DNA from: Promethearchaeota archaeon
GTDB taxonomy: Archaea > Asgardarchaeota > Lokiarchaeia > Sigyniarchaeales > SOKP01
Assembly: GCA_048938895.1 (NCBI GenBank)
Contig: JBHLLU010000002.1
Span: 64,001 to 128,000, forward strand
Reading direction: 5' to 3'
Length of the DNA: 64,000 bases
A program made the position numbers and the translations under genes. The notes under the pieces were generated by a model. It made no database searches, had not been told where the DNA came from, and worked only from the letters and a program-made list of their open reading frames with translations. Position 1 is the stretch's first letter; every line of letters starts with the position of its first letter. Shown piece by piece: positions 51,526-59,824 of this stretch.

Positions 51526-53184
51526 TTAGAGTACCTCCTTTATCTTATTTGACAAATCATCTGGGTCAAATGGTCGTCCATTGTATTGTTTTATTGTATC
51601 CTTTATTTGTATTCCTGCTTTTTCTTTAAGGAGAGAAGTAAACTGACCCGAAATACTTTGTTCTATAACAATATTATCTTGATTTTTAAATTCTATTAGG
51701 TCCCAGCTAGGAAAAGGACTCAAAAAGATTGGTGCCACAACTGTCGGGTTCATCCCACCATGTTTAAGAGCTTCTAAAACGCTCATATATGTAGATCCAT
51801 AAGTAAAAATATTGATGGGGGTTTCTCCACGAATTATCTTAACAGTTTGTTTTCCTTTTAAATAATCTATTAATGTTATGAGTTTTTTATGCCTTTTATC
51901 ATGCATAAAGGAAATTTTATTTGCATTTTCAGTAGTAATACCAAATTCATCATGTTCATAGCTGTTCCATTTAATTATCTTTTTTGATGGTGGGAATACC
52001 AATGGGGAAATTCCATTGTCGGTATTTTGGTAACGGTTAAATTCACCATCGGCATGTAATTTTGGTTCTGCCCATGCAGATTTTTCTAAATCAATCTCAA
52101 CTGTCATATGACTTTCTGAAAGGTGCTTCTCTGTTAATAATATTCCTGGTGTTTGAAATTTCCATACTAAATCCAACATTTCAGCAGTGAGATAATATGC
52201 TTCTCTAATGGTTCTCGGAGATGCTACTATTCTTAAAAAATCACCATGACCTGCAGTTAATGCAAAAGCTAAATCTGCCTGTTCTGTGTAAGTAGGGACT
52301 CCTGTAGCAGGTCCTGGTCTCTGAGAAAATATGATTAATACTGGTGCCTCTGTAATTCCCGCTAAAGAAAAACCTTCTGTCATAAGCGCAAATCCCCCTC
52401 CACTCGTACCAACCATTGATTTTGCTCCAGAAAAAGTTGAACCAATTGCCATATTAATTACAGCTATTTCACTTTCAGGTTGTACAACAGCAAGACCAAA
52501 ATTTTTAGCTTCTCGAGCAAGTGTATGCAATATTGTGGATGCTGGTGTCATAGGATATGCATAATACGCATCCAAACCCCCTGCAATTGCCCCAAGACTA
52601 ATTGCTTCATTTCCAGTTATAATTGGTCTTTTTTTATCTCCTTTTTCTAATGTATAAGTTGCTCCACAGTCAGGAAAAATTAAATCGTAAATTGTATCCG
52701 CAAACGCAATATTATCTTCTATTCCTCTAGGATATTCGTCTTTAATAATTTGATTCATTTGCTCTTTTTTAAAACCTATAAATGCAGATAAAATCGCTAC
52801 TGCACCAACTCCATACATTAAGCTTTTCATTGGATATTTTTCTGCTTCAGAAGATAATGGGATTCCTATACCGTTTTCAGATTCATGCTCATCTGAATTG
52901 AAAATCATTATTCCGTTATCTGCAATATCATTAATGTGAGTTTCATAACTTCTTTTGTCAAAATTCACCACTAAATTAGCTTTCATATAATGACTACTAA
53001 TCCAGTGAGAAGAAGTACTGATAACAGAAAAATTATGGCCACCGCGTATTAAGCTCATGTAATCATCCATCTGAAACACATGACGTCCCATACTTGAGAA
53101 TATATGTGCCGCTACCGAACCTGCTTTTTTTACTCCCTCACCCGCTTTACCACCAACAAGAAAAGTAAATACATCTTGATTCAT
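51526..53184 (-). CDS. korA: 2-oxoacid:ferredoxin oxidoreductase alpha (gamma-alpha fused) subunit
   Basis: GGKAGEGV, IRGGH, GNEA, YPMTPAS, QRPGPATGVPT. Confidence 0.9.
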   Translation of the reverse strand: MNQDVFTFLVGGKAGEGVKKAGSVAAHIFSSMGRHVFQMDDYMSLIRGGHNFSVISTSSHWISSHYMKANLVVNFDKRSYETHINDIADNGIMIFNSDEHESENGIGIPLSSEAEKYPMKSLMYGVGAVAILSAFIGFKKEQMNQIIKDEYPRGIEDNIAFADTIYDLIFPDCGATYTLEKGDKKRPIITGNEAISLGAIAGGLDAYYAYPMTPASTILHTLAREAKNFGLAVVQPESEIAVINMAIGSTFSGAKSMVGTSGGGFALMTEGFSLAGITEAPVLIIFSQRPGPATGVPTYTEQADLAFALTAGHGDFLRIVASPRTIREAYYLTAEMLDLVWKFQTPGILLTEKHLSESHMTVEIDLEKSAWAEPKLHADGEFNRYQNTDNGISPLVFPPSKKIIKWNSYEHDEFGITTENANKISFMHDKRHKKLITLIDYLKGKQTVKIIRGETPINIFTYGSTYMSVLEALKHGGMNPTVVAPIFLSPFPSWDLIEFKNQDNIVIEQSISGQFTSLLKEKAGIQIKDTIKQYNGRPFDPDDLSNKIKEVL

Positions 53185-53388
53185 AGTTCTTTAATCCCTA
53201 AATGTTAAATTAAGAATGTCTAATGATTAACTTATTTATAGTTTTAGCCCTTAATTATTTAAATATATGGATTATAAAATCTCAATTCAATCTTTTTGAT
53301 ATTAAAGACTCATTGAGATATCTTAATTCTAAAAATTTATATATTTAAGAGATTTATAACAAGAAAAACTAAAGGATGGTGAAATGTT

Positions 53389-53934
53389 TTGCTTGAGGGG
53401 CCAAATATTAATTTAAGAATTATAGAACAAGAAGATATTCCTCTCTATCATGAGTGGATGAATACACCTGAAATTAGGGGTAGGTATAATGCAGGTACTT
53501 TTAGGCAAGCCTCAAAGGATTTATTGAGAAATGCTTTTAGTAATTTATCTGATAATCTTCAAATTTTCATAATCGAGAAGAAAGATAAGACTAGAATTGG
53601 GCTCATTTTATATTTTCTCGTAAAAGGTGGACCTGTTGAATTATTAGAAATTGGTTTTTTACTAATCCCATCTGAACGACAGAAAGGTTATTGCACAGAA
53701 GCAGTCAATATTTTTGTGGATTATTTGTTTCTAACTAAAAATATATCACGTATTCAAGCAACAGCAGACATTAGAAATATTGGTTCATATAAAGCTCTTG
53801 AAAAAACAGGCTTCACTAGAGAAGGAATTATGCGAAATATGATATTTAATCAAGGCAATTGGAGAGATTTCGCTCTTTATAGTATTCTTAGAGAGGAATG
53901 GAAAGAACCTAAAATTCTTAAATCTGAAAGATAA
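53389..53934 (+). CDS. GNAT acetyltransferase, RimJ/RimL family
   Basis: EIGF...RQKGYCTEA, N..S.KALEKTGF.REG. Confidence 0.88.
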   Translation: MLEGPNINLRIIEQEDIPLYHEWMNTPEIRGRYNAGTFRQASKDLLRNAFSNLSDNLQIFIIEKKDKTRIGLILYFLVKGGPVELLEIGFLLIPSERQKGYCTEAVNIFVDYLFLTKNISRIQATADIRNIGSYKALEKTGFTREGIMRNMIFNQGNWRDFALYSILREEWKEPKILKSER

Positions 53935-53951
53935 ACATTATAATTGCGTTT

Positions 53952-55094
53952 TTAAAAAAGAGCAAATCCACAAGAAGGACAATTTTTTTTATCTCCTATC
54001 ATAATTTTGCTACAATTAGGGCAGATTTTCACCGTAGTTTTCCTTCTTTTTTTTACTTTTTCATCGGATTGCGATTTTTTGGCTTCCATCATTGCCCGAA
54101 TTTCTACTGCCATTGGATCTTCAGTACGTACCACTTTAGGTTCACCTTTTAATTCGATTTCATGCAAATATTCAATTATATTCCTTTTTTTCATTTTTGT
54201 TAATTCTGCAATAGTAGGTATCTTTCCAACTCGAACATCATTCAAGTAATCTTTATCAAGTTTTAGAATATTAAAACAATTATGACAACGAAATACATAC
54301 GGTATTCCTATATTGGAAGTTTCTGCCCATTGAGCCCAACATACTTTATGTGCCGGAGTATCACATGAAGGGCATATTACCATACCTTCATCATCTTTAT
54401 TAAAGCAAATAGAACATGTTGTTATCCCACTAGCTTCTGGAGGTTCATCAGCTAAATTTATGTAAAAAGGTTGGTTATCTGGAAGAATTCTAATTTTTTG
54501 TTTTACAAAAGAAGGTTCTGAAATATGTTTTTTTTCGGATAATTCTGCTAAAATAGGACTCAGATCTTTAACATTCTTTATCCCATATAATTCTCCGTTT
54601 GATAAATTTGCTATTTTCAACAATTTTTGTGCTTGATCTGAATACGGGCTTCCTATAAAGATAATGTCAATAAAAACGGGCATATCTCTAACTTTATTAA
54701 TTAACCCTTCGAGTGCAGGGAGATACTCATCGGGTACTTCATATGCACCATCGTCGACCAATATCAACAAGCGAAAAAATTTCTCAGAGATCTTTTTAAA
54801 TACCTCAATAATAAAGGTAATAGCGATAAATACACCACCTGCAATGTTAGCTCTAGTAAGATTTTTACCTAATGATTTTAAAGTCTTCAATATATATTCT
54901 GGGTCAAAAGTAAAATGATCTAGATAATTTGGTCCATCCTCTTGAAACCAAATCAGATTAAATCGATCAGAAGGATCGATTGATTGTTTATTCTGTAAAA
55001 ATTCTCCGATTATATTATATACTTGGCGCACTTTAGTAATTTCAGGAGTTAAAGCATAAAAAATAAGACAATCTTCACTTTTTGTAGATTCCAT
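53952..55094 (-). CDS. vWA-like domain + C4HC3 (PHD/RING-variant) finger + C-terminal zinc ribbon
   Basis: DRFNLIWF, RLLILVDDG, FIDIIFIG, IANLSNGELY; CSIC..CPSC..H..C..CHNC; CPNC..CPSCG. Confidence 0.75.
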   Translation of the reverse strand: MESTKSEDCLIFYALTPEITKVRQVYNIIGEFLQNKQSIDPSDRFNLIWFQEDGPNYLDHFTFDPEYILKTLKSLGKNLTRANIAGGVFIAITFIIEVFKKISEKFFRLLILVDDGAYEVPDEYLPALEGLINKVRDMPVFIDIIFIGSPYSDQAQKLLKIANLSNGELYGIKNVKDLSPILAELSEKKHISEPSFVKQKIRILPDNQPFYINLADEPPEASGITTCSICFNKDDEGMVICPSCDTPAHKVCWAQWAETSNIGIPYVFRCHNCFNILKLDKDYLNDVRVGKIPTIAELTKMKKRNIIEYLHEIELKGEPKVVRTEDPMAVEIRAMMEAKKSQSDEKVKKRRKTTVKICPNCSKIMIGDKKNCPSCGFALF

Positions 55095-55376
55095 GTTGTC
55101 AGACTATGATATTGAGTAAGATTTAACAAAATCTCTTTAATAAATGATTCGGGTGAGAATTAATAAGTTTAAGGTATAGTAAAATTTCAATCTTTAATTT
55201 AAGCGTTTTTTATAAGATTACCTTTATGAACTATACAACAAATTTTTTATAAAAATATACTTTCTCCAAATTAAGTTTAATATATTTTGAAGGATCTTTT
55301 AAAATTTTAAAAGCAATAAATCTTTTACGCTTTTGTATGTAATAAAATTCATTACAATCAATTACGAGATAAAAAT

Positions 55377-55637
55377 ATGCAAGTATATCGATTAAAAATA
55401 AACAGAAACATCTGTATTGGTTGCAACGATTGTGTAGTTAGTTGTCCAATAAATTTTACACAGCTTAAGGAAAAAGGGTATCTAACCGAAGAAAATGCCG
55501 TAGTTTTGGTTAAAAATGGAATGGCCTATGATATATATGTCGAGAATAGAAAAAGTCCAAATTGTGATGGATGTGGTGTTTGTGTAAAATTTTGTCCTGT
55601 TTCTGCAATTGAGTTACATTTAACCGAAGAAAAATGA
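55377..55637 (+). CDS. fwdG: 2x[4Fe-4S] ferredoxin, FwdG-like
   Basis: CIGCNDCVVSCP and CDGCGVCVKFCP; first gene of the fwd operon. Confidence 0.75.
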   Translation: MQVYRLKINRNICIGCNDCVVSCPINFTQLKEKGYLTEENAVVLVKNGMAYDIYVENRKSPNCDGCGVCVKFCPVSAIELHLTEEK

Positions 55638-55638
55638 G

Positions 55639-56370
55639 GTGAATAATATTTCGTTTCCAAAAATATCAAGATCAATTAGTCAAGATGTTGAACATGTGAA
55701 AGTGCAATTTCTTACTGAGAGTTTAGAATTAATTTTAGACCGTACTAAATGTGTGGGATGCGGAACATGCGCTCGAGTTTGTCCTAAGGATGCTATTTCT
55801 CGTGGACCAGTTGGCTCATCTCGTCGTTTTCCAACTTTAGAGGATATTATACCAGAAGTATACGATCCTAAAAAATGTGTTTTTTGTGGTACGTGTGTGT
55901 ATATGTGTCCTTTTTCGGCTCTAACTCTAAAAAAAGATGGGGAAGTTATAGAGCTTAATGATATTCCTATAGTTGCTCAAAAAGTTGTACCAAAGCTGGA
56001 ATTTGAAGCAAAAAAGGTATCAAGTTATAATGGGACTGAAAGGATTGCTAAACAATATTGTAATGGGGAGGTTCGTATTGTTGATGAAGAATGTCCTGGT
56101 GGATGTCAAACTTGTTATGAAGTTTGCCCTTCATTTGCCATTTCACTTCCAGAAAAATCAGATAAGGGTTGGGAAACAGTTCCAAATGTTGTAGTAGATG
56201 AGGAAAAATGTATTTTTTGCGGATCCTGTGACAATGGATGTCCCACTGGTGCTGTAAAACTAAAAATTACCGAAGTCAAAACTTCTGGAGAATCTAGTGA
56301 GATGTTTTGGGAACCTCTTTTAGAGAGGTTAAAAACTTTAAGATGGAGTGAAAAAAAGGAGGAGGATTAG
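55639..56370 (+). CDS. fwdF: Polyferredoxin (4 clusters), FwdF-like
   Basis: Four CxxCxxCxxxCP-type motifs; operon context. The start may be ATT 55648. Confidence 0.72.
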   Translation: MNNISFPKISRSISQDVEHVKVQFLTESLELILDRTKCVGCGTCARVCPKDAISRGPVGSSRRFPTLEDIIPEVYDPKKCVFCGTCVYMCPFSALTLKKDGEVIELNDIPIVAQKVVPKLEFEAKKVSSYNGTERIAKQYCNGEVRIVDEECPGGCQTCYEVCPSFAISLPEKSDKGWETVPNVVVDEEKCIFCGSCDNGCPTGAVKLKITEVKTSGESSEMFWEPLLERLKTLRWSEKKEED

Positions 56371-56375
56371 ATAAC

Positions 56376-56771
56376 ATGATTATAAATAATCTAGTTCTAA
56401 TTACTTGTCGAACAATCGATCAAGGTGTTGCTCTAGAGGGAGGAAAAGTCTCCAGGGAAGCTGTACGAGCAGCAGCAATTTGCGCTTTTGATAAGGAAGA
56501 TTTCAAGAAATTGGATTGCATTGTAGGAACTCCTGTAAAAGTTATCACTGATTATGGAGAAGTCCTCGTATATTCAACAATCTCAGAGGAAGGACCCCAT
56601 CCAGGGATTATATTTATACCTATGGGACCGTGGGCAAATCAAGTTGTTAATCCAGATTCACAATCCTGCGGTACACCAACTTATAAAGGAATGAAAGCAA
56701 CAGTAGAAGCAGTACCAAACGGTAAGGTTTTAGGTTCTGTAGAATTAATAAATACATTAAAGGAGGGTTAA
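56376..56771 (+). CDS. fwdD: Formylmethanofuran dehydrogenase subunit D
   Basis: LITCRTIDQG, G.IFIPMGPWAN.V, GTPTYKG. Confidence 0.92.
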   Translation: MIINNLVLITCRTIDQGVALEGGKVSREAVRAAAICAFDKEDFKKLDCIVGTPVKVITDYGEVLVYSTISEEGPHPGIIFIPMGPWANQVVNPDSQSCGTPTYKGMKATVEAVPNGKVLGSVELINTLKEG

Positions 56772-56772
56772 T

Positions 56773-58127
56773 ATGGTAGAAAAAATAAATACAACCACAG
56801 ATGTAGTCTGCCCGTTTAGATAGGATCTTATCGATTTATCGCGGTCTGTGGCACTCTCTGTGATGATTTAGAAGTTGATGTGGATATAAACGAAAATAAA
56901 GTAGTAGAAGTCAGAAATGGCTGTCAAATAGGCACAAAAAAATATTTTGCTTCAAACCCAAGTGATCATCGCTATGAAAAACCATTAATAAAAGATAATG
57001 GCTCTTTTAAGGAAGTTTCATGGGATGAAGCATTAGATAAAGCAGCTGATATTTTAATAAGTGCCAAAAGACCCTTGTTATATGGATTTTCAAGTACTGA
57101 ATGTGATGCACAAGGGAAGGGAGTTGAGTTAGCAGAAATATTAGGGGCTGTTTTAGATAATACTGCTTCCGTGTGTCATGGGCCTTCTTTATTAGCAATT
57201 CAAGATGTTGGAGCACCCACATCTACATTAGGTGAATATAAAAATCGAGCTGATCTTGTAGTATTCTGGGGTTGCAATCCTGTTCACGCCCATCCAAGAC
57301 ATTTGGGCAGATATAGTGAGTTTGTTAGAGGATATTTCAGAAAAGATGGAAGAAATGATAGATATATAATTGTAGTAGACCCAAGAAATACTCATACTGC
57401 TCAAATAGCAGATTTATTTGTTCAAGTTAACCCAAGTGAAGATTATGAATTATTAAACGCTATTAGGGCTATCCTTAGAGGTACTGAATTAGATGGGAAG
57501 GAAGTTTCTGGAGTACCAATGGAAGATGTTATTGCTTTAGTAAACAAATTGAAATCATGTAAATTTGGTGTGATTTTTTTTGGAATGGGTTTAACTCAAT
57601 CTCTCGCGCATCATAGAAATATTGATGCTGCAATTTGTTTGGTAAGAGAATTAAATGATTATACCAAATTTTTGCTAACCCCCATGAGAGGGCATTATAA
57701 TGTTGCTGGGGCAAACCAAGTTTTCTCATGGCAAACAGGTTATTCATATTCTATTGATTTTTCCAGAGGATATCCTCGGTATAATCCCGGAGAATTTTCT
57801 TCTGTTGAAGTATTAATAAGAGATGAAGTTGATGCTTCTCTAATAGTAGCATCTGATCCTGCTAGTAATTTTCCTGCTGCATCAGTTAAAAACATGTTTA
57901 AACATCCTTTAATATCCATTGAACCTCATCACACCCCAACTTCTGTGAATGCTGATGTTATATTACCTCCTGCTATTGCTGGAATTGAATGTGAAGGGAC
58001 AGCATATAGAATGGACAGTGTTCCACTCAGACTTCGAAAAGTCAAAGATGCTCCTGGTGAATGCTTAACTGATAAAGAGATATTAGAAAGGTTAATTGAA
58101 GTCGTAAAGCGTAAAAAGGGGGAATAA
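56773..58127 (+). CDS. fwdB: Formylmethanofuran dehydrogenase subunit B, split: join(56773..56817,56847..58127), 441 aa
   Basis: AGGAGG RBS + ATG 56773; exon 1 MVEKINTTTDVVCPF; exon 2 CGTLCDD...ASVCHGPS...WGCNPVHAHPRH...MRGHYNV; spliced length 1326 nt = 442 codons including stop. Confidence 0.9.
56818..56846 (+). other. 29-nt bulge-helix-bulge intron in fwdB mRNA
   Basis: AGATAGGATCTTATCGATTTATCGCGGTC; 4-bp central helix CCGU/GCGG with 3-nt bulges UUA and UCU; removal restores the frame and CPFCGTLC. Confidence 0.88.
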
Positions 58128-58982
58128 ATGATGTCAGAAGTGAAATTAAAATTAAAGAAAGAACCTAATTTTCCTTTAGAAGCAGACAACATTAGTCCTG
58201 ATCAATTTGCAGGCAAAACTATTGCCGAAATAAAAAAATTAGTTGTATATCACGGAAACGAAGAAAAAACATTAGGAGATTATTTTGATGTCTCTGGAAA
58301 AGCTGGAGATCTAGCAGAAATGAAAATTGAGATAGAAGGAGACCTTTCTAACATTAAACGTATTGGCGAAAAGATGAGTGGAGGTGAAATAGTTATTAAT
58401 GGTAATGTTGGTATGCATGTTGGGAACCATATGACTGGAGGAAAAATATTAGTTAATGGAAACGCTGATGATTGGGCAGGTGCTATGTTAAATGGTGGTG
58501 AATTAGAGATAACTGGAGATGCTGGACATTATGTTGGTGCTGCTTATAGAGGTTTTTGGAAAGGAATGCAAAACGGAATAATTAAAGTTCATGGGAAAGT
58601 AGGTAATGAAGCTTTAACGTGGGTTACTGGTTCAAAGCCAGGAGAAAGATTTCCGACATTAATATGTGGAAGCGCTGGAGCTTTTTTAGGGATTCATGGT
58701 CATGGTGGAACTATCATCGTTGATGGAGATTGTGATCGATGTGCAGGAGCGGACCAAGTCCGAGGTACTATTGTCGTAAAAGGTAAAGTCTCACGAATTC
58801 TTCCTTCATATAAGAAGATAGGTGAAGTAAAGGAAATAGAATTGATGAGTGGGGAAAAAATAACAGGAAAATTTATTGAGTACAGTGGAGATCACTCTGT
58901 GGAGAAAAATCACTCTAAGATAGATAAGAAAACCGGAGAAATCTCAAATAGCTCCAATGGGAGATTATTTGTAGCTTCCTAA
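58128..58982 (+). CDS. fwdC: Formylmethanofuran dehydrogenase subunit C
   Basis: PLEADNISPD, GxxMxGG beta-helix repeats, YVGAAYRG.WKGM. Confidence 0.93.
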   Translation: MMSEVKLKLKKEPNFPLEADNISPDQFAGKTIAEIKKLVVYHGNEEKTLGDYFDVSGKAGDLAEMKIEIEGDLSNIKRIGEKMSGGEIVINGNVGMHVGNHMTGGKILVNGNADDWAGAMLNGGELEITGDAGHYVGAAYRGFWKGMQNGIIKVHGKVGNEALTWVTGSKPGERFPTLICGSAGAFLGIHGHGGTIIVDGDCDRCAGADQVRGTIVVKGKVSRILPSYKKIGEVKEIELMSGEKITGKFIEYSGDHSVEKNHSKIDKKTGEISNSSNGRLFVAS

Positions 58983-59101
58983 AATTATTTAAATTAGTAT
59001 CTTCTTCTTAATAATTATAATTTATAAAAATACTAATTATATTTTAACAACTTTAGTATAATAATCAGAGTAATATAAAACAATTTTGAGATAATGATAT
59101 T

Positions 59102-59704
59102 ATGAGACATACAACCGGAATCACTTTAATGATCATTGGGGGAATATTAATGATCATAAGTTCTACAGTAGGGAGTATAGGGGTTTACGAATTTCTTAGA
59201 GATTATATCACTAACGAATATCCAGATTTGGAAGAACTATTAAATATCATTGTAAACATTATAAGATTTATTGCTGATTGGGGTGGAGGAGCAATAATTT
59301 TCGGAGCTTTTTTAATAATCTTGAAGCAATATAGATTAGGAAAATGGATTATTGGTATTGGATTAATGTTTGGTTCGCTTGCATTGATCATATGGTTGAT
59401 TTCTAATGGAATAGATCTTTTTAATATTGAGTTAGATCCTCAATTAGAACTATACTTAAACAATATTAAAGGCTTTTTCACATATGGAACAAGTTTTCAA
59501 TTTGCAGGTGTTGCAATAGCAATTATTGGCCGTTGGTTTATTAGAAAACCGAAAAAAGCAAAGGATCTTGAGATTTTTGAAGAAGGAGCTGAACCAACTA
59601 ATTTAGATTCTCAAGAAATTAAGCATTGCCCTAATTGTGGTGTTCCATTACCCTTAAATGCGAATTTTTGTAATGAATGTGGAACTGATTTTGAAGATCG
59701 TTAA
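59102..59704 (+). CDS. Membrane protein with C-terminal zinc ribbon
   Basis: About 4 TM; CPNCG.....A.FCNECG. Confidence 0.78.
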   Translation: MRHTTGITLMIIGGILMIISSTVGSIGVYEFLRDYITNEYPDLEELLNIIVNIIRFIADWGGGAIIFGAFLIILKQYRLGKWIIGIGLMFGSLALIIWLISNGIDLFNIELDPQLELYLNNIKGFFTYGTSFQFAGVAIAIIGRWFIRKPKKAKDLEIFEEGAEPTNLDSQEIKHCPNCGVPLPLNANFCNECGTDFEDR

Positions 59705-59824
59705 AATCCTCTAGTATTTTCTTTTTATTATTTTTCTTATTCTGAATAAATATTATAAACAATGATGTCTAAATTATAAACTATAATTCAAATATCTATT
59801 TATTATTTAAAGGGTGAAATTTAA

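Noticed and set aside
56773-56880. fwdB as a pseudogene, ribosomal frameshift, stop readthrough or GTG-56880 start
   Set aside because: A GTG start loses three Fe-S cysteines. TAG readthrough (Pyl-like) does not restore the frame. A frameshift would leave about 10 extra residues inside CxxC. The BHB cut sites match the needed deletion exactly.
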